DNA of 64,000 bases. It comes from a virus. The position numbers and the translations under genes were made by a program. Below are positions 55,136 to 64,000 of the stretch, piece by piece. Positions within the stretch are counted from its first letter, which is position 1, and every line of letters begins with the position of its first letter. The notes under the pieces are model-generated. The model worked only from the letters and a program-made list of their open reading frames with translations. It was not told the origin of the DNA and searched no databases. The DNA lies in IMG/VR virus record IMGVR_UViG_3300036770_008686, positions 32,001 through 96,000 of that record. One strand, 5' to 3'.

Positions 55136-55172
55136 GCGATAAAAATATTTTATTTTTTATATATAAAATTGT

Positions 55173-55910
55173 ATGTTTAAATCTTTTGTTCTTAAGAAAA
55201 AAATTAAAAAAATTAAAAATGCAATAAAAAACTTAAGCTTAGAAACAATAAGTGAAAAAGTAGACATCAATATAGTAAAAGATATATGGAAAGACAACAA
55301 AGTAATATATTGGTTAAAATCTAATGGAATAGAAATAGTTACGCCACCTCCATATTCACTTGGAGGAAGTGGAATTGCCTATTTTTTACCAAATAACATG
55401 GTTGTAAAAATAACAGATGATATAGTAGAAGCAAATGTAGCAAAGATGCTTATAAAATCTAAAATAAAACATACAATGATAGATGTTGTTAAAATTAATA
55501 ACTTATATTTAATACTTCAACAAAAGTTAGACTTAAAAAAAACTTCAGAAGATATGAAAACAGCAGCCGATCTAGTTACCGTTATGATAGACGACAACTC
55601 CTTAGAAGAGTTTCCTGATAACAAAGAACTACTAAAAAATATGTGTATAAAAACAATAAAAGAAAACAACTTTCCAATTTCTATTCTAGATAAAATGCTT
55701 TTAATAATTGATACTCTAAAAGAGATAGAAAAAACAACAGGATATTTTCATGACGATGCAGGTCCTACAAACATAGGAACAAAAGATGGCAAAACATATG
55801 TTTTTGACTTAGGTCCAAATAAAACAAAAAGCTACAACCCTATGGAAAGGATTAAAAAAATAAAAACAAAAAGAGAAAAGTTAGGATTAAGCGATCACGA
55901 ATTTGAGTAA
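55173..55910 (+). CDS. protein-kinase-fold protein
   Basis: LGGSGIAY, VVKIT, EANVA, FHDDAGPTNIG, VFDLG. Confidence 0.65.
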   Translation: MFKSFVLKKKIKKIKNAIKNLSLETISEKVDINIVKDIWKDNKVIYWLKSNGIEIVTPPPYSLGGSGIAYFLPNNMVVKITDDIVEANVAKMLIKSKIKHTMIDVVKINNLYLILQQKLDLKKTSEDMKTAADLVTVMIDDNSLEEFPDNKELLKNMCIKTIKENNFPISILDKMLLIIDTLKEIEKTTGYFHDDAGPTNIGTKDGKTYVFDLGPNKTKSYNPMERIKKIKTKREKLGLSDHEFE

Positions 55911-56873
55911 TTTTTCAAATAAATAATTCAAGTAGTTTTCTACTTTGGAATTCTCTTCTGCACGTATAATAAATTTTATAATCTGCTCTGAGCTAAAGTA
56001 GCTATTAGCAGTAGTATTAAAATCAAAAAAATAAAATAAATTCGATATTTTTTCAAAGTTATTGCTTGGTTTAATATTCAATTTTGTTTTAGGCAAAATA
56101 CTAGATTTTAAAGAGTTTATCTTCTGCTCGGGGCATAAGAATTTTTCAAAATATTTTAAGCATGCACATCTTTCAAGATATCTTATATGAAAACTATTAC
56201 CTAAACTTTTTTTTGACGAATTTTTTTCATGATAATAAACTCTATTTTTTATCATTCCTCCTTTTCCAAGTTCATTGTCACAAATTGTAATACCAACAAT
56301 ATTATCTTCACAACCCCAACCTTCTTTATCGAATGGAGTAAACTCTGGAAAAGGGGATTCTAATAAGACATTCTTTTTGAAAATTCCATATTGGGTTAAT
56401 GCTATTTTGTTTTGACTAATTTTATTTTTTTTTAAACAAAGGTTACGATTATCTTTTGAATATAAAAGGCAAACGTCTTTTAAAGATATCTCTTTTTCAA
56501 GAGTAGTAGAAAAAGAATAATTTTTTGTATAATTTTTATAATCATATCCTAAATATGCGAAATCATTATTATTAGCCATAAATTTATACATACACTCAAT
56601 AGAATTTATTATAGGAACTATATCGGCATCCAACAACAAAACGTAATCATGCAAAGAGTGTCTAACCATATAGTTTCTTGCAAAAGATATACCTGTATTT
56701 GTTTTGCTTAGTGTTTTTTGAATGTCTAGTTTATCCAGATACTCAGTCGAACCATCGTTAGAATTTTGGTCGTAAACAATAATTTCATTTTCAATTTTTA
56801 GTTTTGATAATATCTCTATTGTTTTTTTTAATGTATTTAAACAATTCCAACTCAGTATACATATACTTACCAT
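55887..56873 (-). CDS. glycosyltransferase family 2
   Basis: SICILSWN, DQNSNDGS, ARN, LLDAD, GWGCED. Confidence 0.85.
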   Translation of the reverse strand: MVSICILSWNCLNTLKKTIEILSKLKIENEIIVYDQNSNDGSTEYLDKLDIQKTLSKTNTGISFARNYMVRHSLHDYVLLLDADIVPIINSIECMYKFMANNNDFAYLGYDYKNYTKNYSFSTTLEKEISLKDVCLLYSKDNRNLCLKKNKISQNKIALTQYGIFKKNVLLESPFPEFTPFDKEGWGCEDNIVGITICDNELGKGGMIKNRVYYHEKNSSKKSLGNSFHIRYLERCACLKYFEKFLCPEQKINSLKSSILPKTKLNIKPSNNFEKISNLFYFFDFNTTANSYFSSEQIIKFIIRAEENSKVENYLNYLFEKLLKFVIA

Positions 56874-56891
56874 TTACGTTATAATATAGTC

Positions 56892-57491
56892 ATGATTATT
56901 CATAAAAACAAAATTATTTTTATTCACATACCAAAAACAGCAGGCTTCTCGATAGAAAAATTTCTATATGGAAGAGAACTAGATTCATCTTTTTTTTATG
57001 AAGATATAGTGTATGGCTTAAAAGATGGAAAATACACACAGCACCTAGAATATAGTAGTATCAAAAATTACTACAAAGGCAAAGAAAATATAGAAAAGTA
57101 TTTTAAATTCACATTTGTTAGGAACACATGGGACAGGCTGTTAAGTGCTTATTCCTATTTAAATCCAAATCCAAATAAAGAAAGTTTTTGTAATTATTTA
57201 AAGAAAAAATGTAAAAATTTATATAGAATGAGCGAATGTGATCACTATAATAATCAAATAAGATATATTTTTAATAATAATCAAAAATTTTTAGATTTTA
57301 TAGGATTATTTGAAAACATACAAGAAGATTTTAAAAATCTATGTAATAAAATTAATATTGAGTATAAACCATTACCAATAATTAACAGCTCTAAAAGAAA
57401 AGATTATAAAGAATATTATGACGAAGAAACGATAAATATTGTTAAGGAAACTTACAAAGAAGAAATAGAATACTTTGATTTTAAATTTTAA
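56892..57491 (+). CDS. sulfotransferase family 2 protein
   Basis: FIHIPKTAG.SI, FVRNTWDRLLSAY, FIG.FEN...DF. Confidence 0.87.
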   Translation: MIIHKNKIIFIHIPKTAGFSIEKFLYGRELDSSFFYEDIVYGLKDGKYTQHLEYSSIKNYYKGKENIEKYFKFTFVRNTWDRLLSAYSYLNPNPNKESFCNYLKKKCKNLYRMSECDHYNNQIRYIFNNNQKFLDFIGLFENIQEDFKNLCNKINIEYKPLPIINSSKRKDYKEYYDEETINIVKETYKEEIEYFDFKF

Positions 57492-57519
57492 AAAAGAAAA
57501 ACAAGGAGGTTTTAAAAAA

Positions 57520-58260
57520 ATGAAAATACTAGCTTACTATACTCATGGGTTTTCAAATGAATTTTTACCCATACTAAGACTATCAATAAGAAGCTTGAGA
57601 AAGTACAACAAGATAGACACCTTAGTATTATGTGATGAGCAATTTGAAAAAGATTGTAAGGCAATGGGAGGAATAGAAACTTTAAGCTTAAAAAATTCAA
57701 AAAAACCCGAGGATGCTTCAATGCACAAACTATCTGTTTTTTCTTTTGAAGAAATAAAAAATTACGATAAAGTAATTTTTATAGATAGCGACATAATAAT
57801 AGATGTTAAATTAAATAAAATAATAGAAAAATGTTTAGATGAACAAAAACTATACGCTTGCTCAGAATCAAATGATATCTCTTTACACAGAAATTTATAT
57901 TGGTCGCTAGAAAACTACACAGAAAAAGAAATGGAATTTTTTAAAAAAAATAAAATTTATGTATTTAATGCAGGGTGTTTTGTATTTACTCCAAATCAAG
58001 AATTTAAAACACACTTTCAAGAAATAAAAAATATTATAAAAGAACATAAAGGAAGCTACTTTTATGAACAATCATTTATGAATTTTTATTTTAATAAAAA
58101 AAATCTAGTAGACTACTCTGTTTTAAATGAAAAAAACTATATATTGCATGCGAATGGAGATAAAAAATATAGAAATTCAATAGTGCACTTTTGTGGAAAT
58201 CCTGGGGTTGCGGCAAACAAATTAGAAAGAATGAAAAAATATTTATCTACAATAAAATGA
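57520..58260 (+). CDS. glycosyltransferase family 8-like
   Basis: FIDSDI, FNAG.F, EQ.FMN, HF.G; start moved to MKILAY. Confidence 0.8.
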   Translation: MKILAYYTHGFSNEFLPILRLSIRSLRKYNKIDTLVLCDEQFEKDCKAMGGIETLSLKNSKKPEDASMHKLSVFSFEEIKNYDKVIFIDSDIIIDVKLNKIIEKCLDEQKLYACSESNDISLHRNLYWSLENYTEKEMEFFKKNKIYVFNAGCFVFTPNQEFKTHFQEIKNIIKEHKGSYFYEQSFMNFYFNKKNLVDYSVLNEKNYILHANGDKKYRNSIVHFCGNPGVAANKLERMKKYLSTIK

Positions 58261-58889
58261 AAACAAAAATAATAAGTTTTTACGCAGACATAGAGAATAG
58301 AAATTACTATAGCCTTTGCGGGCAAAAGTTAAAAGAGTCTCTTGAAAAATTCAACATAGAACACGAGATAGAAGAAATAAACTCATCTAACGACTATATG
58401 TTGAATTGCTTAAAAAAGCCTGGCTTTATACTCAAAAAAATACTTGATTGTAAAAAACCTTTAATATGGGTTGACGTGGATACAGATTTTAGATCTCCAT
58501 TTGAAGATTTTGATAAAAATGATTGTGATATAGGGTTTTGTAGTGATACAGGGGATGTAGAGGGTGTAAAGGCCTCTCCAATATATTTTAATTATAACGA
58601 GAACGCTTTGCTTTTTTTAAATAAATGGAAAGAAGAATGCGAAAAAGCCGTAATAGAAAAAAAAACAGAATTAGATCACGATGTAATAAAATACATACTA
58701 TTGCCAGAATTTAATAACAAAATAAAAATAAAAATATTATCAGAAAACTTTATAGATTTTTATAACGGAAAACACATAAAGAGTAGATTATCAAAAAATT
58801 TTGTAACAAAAAACTTAGCACACAAAAAAATAAAAGAAATAAATAGATACAGAAAAGGCTTGAGTAAAAAAGAATATAAAAGCTTATAA
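58257..58889 (+). CDS. GT-A fold nucleotide-diphospho-sugar transferase-like protein
   Basis: KPGFIL...WVDVD, SPIYF, LDHDV; start moved to MKTKII. Confidence 0.65.
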   Translation: MKTKIISFYADIENRNYYSLCGQKLKESLEKFNIEHEIEEINSSNDYMLNCLKKPGFILKKILDCKKPLIWVDVDTDFRSPFEDFDKNDCDIGFCSDTGDVEGVKASPIYFNYNENALLFLNKWKEECEKAVIEKKTELDHDVIKYILLPEFNNKIKIKILSENFIDFYNGKHIKSRLSKNFVTKNLAHKKIKEINRYRKGLSKKEYKSL

Positions 58890-58899
58890 AGAGGAAAAA

Positions 58900-59595
58900 T
58901 TGTTTTACGAAAAAGAAAAACAAAAAGAAATATTAACCAAAAAACTACTCAATAAGGAGTTTTTTGCTTTAAATAGATTTGGAGAAGGGGAAGTAAGAGT
59001 AATAATGAGCGGAGGAACAGGAGTATACTTGAGATGTATAGCAAAGTCATCTATAAGGGAATGGGAATACAATCCAAAAGAAGACAAGTACTTATACGAA
59101 CAATTATGTGAAAGCTTTTATTATAAAGAAGAAAACTACATAAAAGCATCGGTTGGTGGTGGCAAAAAAAATCAAGAAGAGTTTGTAAAAAAAAGCCTGC
59201 CAAACGAAGAGTTATTTACCACGACATACTTTTATGGAGATGACTATTACAATGATTTTTTCGAAACATACCTTCCTTTAATGCAGAAATATGAGTCCAT
59301 AAACTTTGTGTGTTCTAAACTGGCAAATTATAAAAATGTTAATATAAATTTTAAAAATGTCTACAATAGTTTTGAAATATCGAACGCATGGAAACAAAAA
59401 GAAGAAACTAAAAAAGTAATAGAAGAAATAAGCAAAACAAAAAATTCTGTATATATTTTTTCTGTAGGTTTTAATTCCAAAATAATGATTAAAAAGCTTT
59501 TCCAAGAAAACAAAAACAATGTGTATTATGACTTTGGTGCAAATTTAGACATAAAGCTATATGGAAGAAAAACAAGAGGGAAACACATGCCATGA
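58900..59595 (+). CDS. GT-D fold (DUF1792-like) protein
   Basis: RFGEGE...DFGA.LD pattern. Confidence 0.55.
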   Translation: MFYEKEKQKEILTKKLLNKEFFALNRFGEGEVRVIMSGGTGVYLRCIAKSSIREWEYNPKEDKYLYEQLCESFYYKEENYIKASVGGGKKNQEEFVKKSLPNEELFTTTYFYGDDYYNDFFETYLPLMQKYESINFVCSKLANYKNVNINFKNVYNSFEISNAWKQKEETKKVIEEISKTKNSVYIFSVGFNSKIMIKKLFQENKNNVYYDFGANLDIKLYGRKTRGKHMP

Positions 59596-60215
59596 ATATT
59601 TTTGTAGAGTATTTTAACCATAAAAATGAAAGAAGAAAAAGTGAAATAGATAAAACTCTTATTACAAATATTAATTTTAATTATATAAATAAATTTTATG
59701 TATTCTCTAATAAAGAAGATTCAGAAGAAGTTAAAAAATTAAATTTTAATAAAAAAATAACAAACGTCATAACAGAAGAAAGATGTACCTTTCAATATAT
59801 TTTTGACTTTGCAAACTCGGTTTGTGGAGAAGAAGAAATTAACATAACAATGAATAACGATATAATATTAAGCAAATCATTTAGCAATGTTAAAATTCCC
59901 AAAGAATGCTTTTTTGCAATAAGTAGATGGGAAAGAAACAACAACAATCATCCTTTTTGCTACAGAACTTGTGATTCCCAAGATTTGTGGATTTGGAGAG
60001 GAAAAAACAAAATGAAAGAATGTAACTTTTATTTCGGAATACTTGGATGCGACAACAGAATAGTACACATAGCAGAAGAATGCGGATATATAACAAGAAA
60101 CCCAGCATACACATATAGATGTCACCACAACCACGAATCCAAAGTAAGAATAGGTTCTAATGATGCAAGCCTAAGATTAAAAGGCCCATATAAAAAGGTT
60201 TGTCCATGTCATTAA
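59592..60215 (+). CDS. putative glycosyltransferase of viral glycan clusters
   Basis: R..EI...L..N, MNNDI, SRW, SQD.WI, G.LGCDNRI, NP......HHH. Confidence 0.55.
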   Translation: MNIFVEYFNHKNERRKSEIDKTLITNINFNYINKFYVFSNKEDSEEVKKLNFNKKITNVITEERCTFQYIFDFANSVCGEEEINITMNNDIILSKSFSNVKIPKECFFAISRWERNNNNHPFCYRTCDSQDLWIWRGKNKMKECNFYFGILGCDNRIVHIAEECGYITRNPAYTYRCHHNHESKVRIGSNDASLRLKGPYKKVCPCH

Positions 60216-60877
60216 AAGTATACACATTTTACACAGACAGTCACAAAAAGCTACTAGAAGAATACTTTATACCCACCTTTAATGAAACAAATAGCGATTT
60301 AAGTTTAGAAGTAAAAAAATTTGAACAAAAATGCAGTTCTGGAAACTATATGTCAAGTGGTTGGTATCAAATAATGATGAACAAGGTGGATTATATTCTA
60401 TCTAGCATAGATGAATCATGGGGAAAAGTTTTTATACACGCAGATTGTGACATTGTTTTTTTTGGATCTATAAAAGAAGATATCTTACAACAAATGGAAG
60501 AAAAAGACATAGCAGCTCAAAATGATGGAAATGAAATTTGTTGTGGATTTTTTGCCTGTAAGGCAAACGAAAAAACAAAAAGTTTATTCGAGCAAGTAAA
60601 AAAAGAGATGAATGAAAAATTCAATGATCAACAAGCAACAAATAAATTAGTCAAAAAATATGTATCGTATAAATATTTAAACGAAAGATACTATAGCATA
60701 TACAGAAATACAAATAAAAAAGTCTGGGAAAAGGGTGTGAATATAAATGAAAAAGAAATTCCAAAAGAAATGCTTGTATATCATGCAAACTGGACCGTTG
60801 GTGTTGAGAACAAAATAGAACTTATGAATAAGGTTAAAAAAATTATCTATGATAATAGAAAAAAACACAATTTATAG
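60200..60877 (+). CDS. nucleotide-diphospho-sugar transferase (GT77-like)
   Basis: ADCDIVF, CCGFF, DQ..TN, YHANW..G...K. Confidence 0.75.
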   Translation: MSMSLKVYTFYTDSHKKLLEEYFIPTFNETNSDLSLEVKKFEQKCSSGNYMSSGWYQIMMNKVDYILSSIDESWGKVFIHADCDIVFFGSIKEDILQQMEEKDIAAQNDGNEICCGFFACKANEKTKSLFEQVKKEMNEKFNDQQATNKLVKKYVSYKYLNERYYSIYRNTNKKVWEKGVNINEKEIPKEMLVYHANWTVGVENKIELMNKVKKIIYDNRKKHNL

Positions 60878-61784
60878 CAAGATAAGCGATTTGAGATCCT
60901 ACATATGTAGCGACATTTGTGAAAATCCAAAAAAAATATATGAAGAAATAAAAAAATTAGAAAATAATTTAATGGAAGGAGAGGTAAAAGTTCCCGAGGA
61001 GTTTAAACCCAAGATTAAAGTAACATATCCTCCGGAAAATTACTCTATATTTGAAGATTGGGTATCGGACAACTATACATCTAATTTTAGTAGAAAATAC
61101 CTACCTATTCACTGGACGAGCTATCATGTTAATAATAAATATGGAACAATAAAATCAGTAGTAAAAAGACTGCAGGATTATGTCGATAGCTTGCCCAGAA
61201 ATGAAAAATATTGGACAATTTGCCAATATGACGACGGAGTTTTAATAGACTTCAAAGACTTAGATATTTTAGTTTTTAGTATGAGTAAAAAGCTAGGGGT
61301 GGAGATTCCTTTGGTCTGTATGCCACATTCCTACAATCAAGAGAATAAAAAAAACATATTTGCTTCATTTATAGGAAAAGAAACACATCCAATAAGAAAG
61401 CATGTGCTAAATATTAAAAATTCAAATTATTATATATCAAGAGAAAATCACAATATACAAAAATATTGTGAAATAATGAGCAGATCAATATTTGGTTTGT
61501 GCCCCAGAGGTTATGGATTAAATAGTTTTAGAACATCAGAGTGTATGCAATATGAAACAATACCAGTTTACATAAGCGATGAATTTATAAGTGTTTTTGA
61601 TGCTGATTTTGAAGATTATGGAATAAAAATAAATCAAAAAGAAGCAGACAAAATTGAGCAAATACTAAATAATGTTACAGAAGAAGAAATAGAAAAAAAA
61701 AGAAAAAAAATAAAAGAATATTACAGTAAATATTATACTTATGAAGGCATGATTAAAAATATAGAAAAAAAATTATATGAATAA
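60849..61784 (+). CDS. exostosin-like glycosyltransferase (GT47)
   Basis: ASFIG..TH.IR, FGLCPRGYG..SFR..E....TIPV.ISD. Confidence 0.82.
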   Translation: MIIEKNTIYSKISDLRSYICSDICENPKKIYEEIKKLENNLMEGEVKVPEEFKPKIKVTYPPENYSIFEDWVSDNYTSNFSRKYLPIHWTSYHVNNKYGTIKSVVKRLQDYVDSLPRNEKYWTICQYDDGVLIDFKDLDILVFSMSKKLGVEIPLVCMPHSYNQENKKNIFASFIGKETHPIRKHVLNIKNSNYYISRENHNIQKYCEIMSRSIFGLCPRGYGLNSFRTSECMQYETIPVYISDEFISVFDADFEDYGIKINQKEADKIEQILNNVTEEEIEKKRKKIKEYYSKYYTYEGMIKNIEKKLYE

Positions 61785-61869
61785 AATAGAATTAAACACA
61801 GAAAGAATGCTGGGGTATGGTTTATATGAATAAAATAGAATTAAACACAGAAAGAATGCTAGGGTATGG
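61773..61869. repeat. 49-bp tandem duplication of a gene junction (1 mismatch)
   Basis: Copies at 61773-61820 and 61822-61869; g/a difference at 61812/61861. Confidence 0.9.
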
Positions 61870-62332
61870 CTCCTATAACAATGTAAACTACTTACATGGA
61901 TTAGATGATTTATGTAAAAAATATATTAAAAAAACAGATACAATATTAGAATTGGGAACAAACGATGGCATTAGTTCTGCTCTTTTTTCTTTTTATGCTA
62001 AACAAGTTTATACAATAGATTTAAAAGAACCAAGCGAAAGACTAAAAAAAGTTTTAAATGAACATAAAAATATAAAATTTATAAATGGATCTTTTTACGA
62101 AGAAATAAATAAATTAAAAATGAATTTTGAATTTATTTATATAGATGGAAATCATGACTACGACTCTGTCTTATCTGATATTAAATTTTGTATCCCGTTT
62201 TTAAAAAACAATATAATAGGTGGCCATGATTTTTTCGACAACAATTGCGACGTAGCAAAAGCCGTAAAATCATTTTTTTTTAACAAAAAAGTAAATTTAT
62301 TTAAAGATAGTTCTTGGGTGATAGAAATTTAA
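61826..62332 (+). CDS. class I SAM methyltransferase (Methyltransf_24-like)
   Basis: LELGT..G.S, IYIDGNH.Y..V..DI, GGHD. Confidence 0.85.
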   Translation: MNKIELNTERMLGYGSYNNVNYLHGLDDLCKKYIKKTDTILELGTNDGISSALFSFYAKQVYTIDLKEPSERLKKVLNEHKNIKFINGSFYEEINKLKMNFEFIYIDGNHDYDSVLSDIKFCIPFLKNNIIGGHDFFDNNCDVAKAVKSFFFNKKVNLFKDSSWVIEI

Positions 62333-62335
62333 AAA

Positions 62336-62956
62336 TTGAGGATAAAAATGAAAACAGAGCTATGCAACTTAATGGACAAATTCGGCAGCGACAAAGCTTC
62401 ATACCATAATTATACATTATTTTATTATGATTTATTGAAAGAAAAAAAATATCAAGAAGTAAAAATATTTGAAGTAGGGTTGGGGACAAACAACACTAGC
62501 ATACCATCTAACATGGGGGCAAATGGAAGACCCGGGGCCTCGTTGAGAGCGTGGAAAGAATTTTTTCCAAATGCAAAAATTTACGGAGCAGACATAGACA
62601 AAAATATATTGTTTCACGAAGAAAGAATTAAAACTTTTTTTTGCGACCAAACAGATGAAGTAAGTATAAAAAAAATGTGGGAAAACGATGAATTAAAAAA
62701 TGAAAGTTTTGATCTAATAATAGATGATGGTTTGCATGAAATTAATGCAAACATAAATTTTTTAAAAAATTCATTTAAAAAATTAAAAAATGACTCCGCT
62801 TTTATAATAGAAGATATAATAGCAGATAAAATAGATAGATATAAAGAAAAAATTCAAAATTTATCAAAAACAATGAACTTTGAGTTTGAAATTAAAAACT
62901 TTGATCATACAAACAAATATGATAATTGTATTTGTTTTATTAAAAAATTAAAATAA
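62336..62956 (+). CDS. class I SAM-dependent (sugar O-)methyltransferase, paralog of 27618..28262
   Basis: SDK...HNY..FY, FEVG, GASLRAW, GADID, DQ, IIDDGLH, IIEDI. Confidence 0.85.
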   Translation: MRIKMKTELCNLMDKFGSDKASYHNYTLFYYDLLKEKKYQEVKIFEVGLGTNNTSIPSNMGANGRPGASLRAWKEFFPNAKIYGADIDKNILFHEERIKTFFCDQTDEVSIKKMWENDELKNESFDLIIDDGLHEINANINFLKNSFKKLKNDSAFIIEDIIADKIDRYKEKIQNLSKTMNFEFEIKNFDHTNKYDNCICFIKKLK

Positions 62957-62957
62957 A

Positions 62958-63581
62958 ATGATAATACAAAAAATTGATAAAAATAAAAAAATAAGCCCAA
63001 GATATAAAACAATATTAGAAATATTAAAAAACATTCCAGACAAATCAAGTGGAATAGAGGTAGGAGTTTTACATGCAGATCTATCTATTTTTTTACTTGA
63101 AAATTGCTTAAAAATTAAAAAGCTATATTTAATAGATCCTTGGAAAAAATACAACAAAGAAGAATACGTTGACTCTGTTAATGAGAAATCGCAAAAAGAA
63201 TATGACGAAATATATTTGAGTGTAAAGCAAAGAATAAAAAGCCATGAAGAAAGAGTTGAATTGTTAAGAGGCGAGTCAAAGGAATTTGAAAATAAATTTT
63301 CAGAAAATAGTTTAGATTTTATATACTTGGATGCGAATCACATGTACGAAAACGTTTTTAATGATATTTCAACATGGTATCCAAAAATTAAAAAAGGTGG
63401 AATTTTATTTGGAAATGACTTTATGGAAGATGGCTACAAAATTTGGCAAAAAGATGTGTATGGAAAGCCAATTTGTTATGGAGAGTATGGAGTAAGAAGT
63501 GCAGTAAGAGTTTATTGCAAACAAAACCAAATCAATTACAGAAGCCCAGGCGAAAATCAATGGTATATCATAAAAAGATGA
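62958..63581 (+). CDS. class I SAM methyltransferase (Methyltransf_24-like)
   Basis: IEVGV..AD.S, IDPW, DFIYLDANH.YE....DI..WY..IK.GG...G.D. Confidence 0.87.
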   Translation: MIIQKIDKNKKISPRYKTILEILKNIPDKSSGIEVGVLHADLSIFLLENCLKIKKLYLIDPWKKYNKEEYVDSVNEKSQKEYDEIYLSVKQRIKSHEERVELLRGESKEFENKFSENSLDFIYLDANHMYENVFNDISTWYPKIKKGGILFGNDFMEDGYKIWQKDVYGKPICYGEYGVRSAVRVYCKQNQINYRSPGENQWYIIKR

Positions 63582-63842
63582 TTATAAATCTTTTCTCCAG
63601 TCAGTTTTACTGCCTTTCTTTCCTTTGCTTCTTTTCAATTTTTCCTTAGCATGAACCATTTTGCTGGCCCTAGGTCCAGTGTAATGTCCTATTGAGGCTG
63701 GTTTGGAGTATATTGGCATTTCTCCCTTTCCATCAATATAAAGTCTCCATTTTTTACAAAAATCTTTATCCTCGGGATGAGGACATTTTGTTTCATCTTT
63801 TTGAGATTCAACCAATTTTATATAGTCCACAAATCTTATCAT
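63582..63842 (-). CDS. small basic protein with capsid-targeting-like N-terminus
   Basis: MIRFVDYIKLVES...; K-rich tail. Confidence 0.6.
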   Translation of the reverse strand: MIRFVDYIKLVESQKDETKCPHPEDKDFCKKWRLYIDGKGEMPIYSKPASIGHYTGPRASKMVHAKEKLKRSKGKKGSKTDWRKDL

Positions 63843-63845
63843 AAT

Positions 63846-64000
63846 TTAATCATCCAAACTTTTAAAAGAATTCAAACTTTTATTGGGATTAACAAGTAAT
63901 TGCTCGAAAAGAACTTTTGCTTTTGCTGAATTGAGTTTTTTCCAAGCTTTTTTTCTTGTACTAAGAGTGTAGTCTTTGAATACATCTCTTATGCCTTCAA
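63846..64000 (-). CDS. 3' end of an unidentified gene (starts beyond the window)
   Basis: Open frame ...EGIRDVFKDY...KSLDD*. Confidence 0.55.
   Translation of the reverse strand, partial: EGIRDVFKDYTLSTRKKAWKKLNSAKAKVLFEQLLVNPNKSLNSFKSLDD

Noticed and set aside
1-64000. CRISPR array or cas genes
   Set aside because: No repeat-spacer periodicity; the repeats found are adjacent two-copy duplications without spacers.
1-64000. Stop-codon reassignment
   Set aside because: Conserved proteins are intact in code 11, and TAA, TAG and TGA all close genes at tight junctions; no suppressor tRNA seen.

Overview
AT-rich, densely coding 64 kb segment of a jumbo, T4-like tailed phage genome (genetic code 11, mostly minus-strand operons of small hypothetical genes). 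Phage markers: rIIA and an rIIB-like gene, a Gp88-like protein, an HNH endonuclease, a WGR-domain DNA ligase and a phage sigma-70 factor. No structural genes are present here. It carries a translation-support kit (CCA-adding enzyme, TilS immediately upstream of a CAU tRNA, tRNA-Cys, a tmRNA with tag ALTGTNQLALAA, an RNA-ligase-like and a HAD RNA-repair-like protein), three MoxR-type AAA/VWA pairs, MscL, an M14 peptidase, two kinase-fold proteins and an ~8 kb glycosyl/sulfo/methyl-transferase cluster plus GDP-fucose synthase. The sigma factor and some secreted proteins resemble Planctomycetota proteins (from recall; host unverified). The most notable unexplained signals are: (1) a strand-specific GGTACG element upstream of about 12 genes; (2) TATATAA leaderless late-type promoters on genes whose N-termini resemble the T4 capsid-targeting peptide (CCA enzyme, kinases); (3) two paralogous stand-alone HTH cassettes sharing a covarying ACGUU hairpin; (4) an rIIB::PcfJ-like fusion next to a protein with a ~92-residue D/E tail; (5) an orphan IS200/IS605 right-end (omega-RNA-like) hairpin. 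All family assignments come from motif recognition by eye; no database searches were run.
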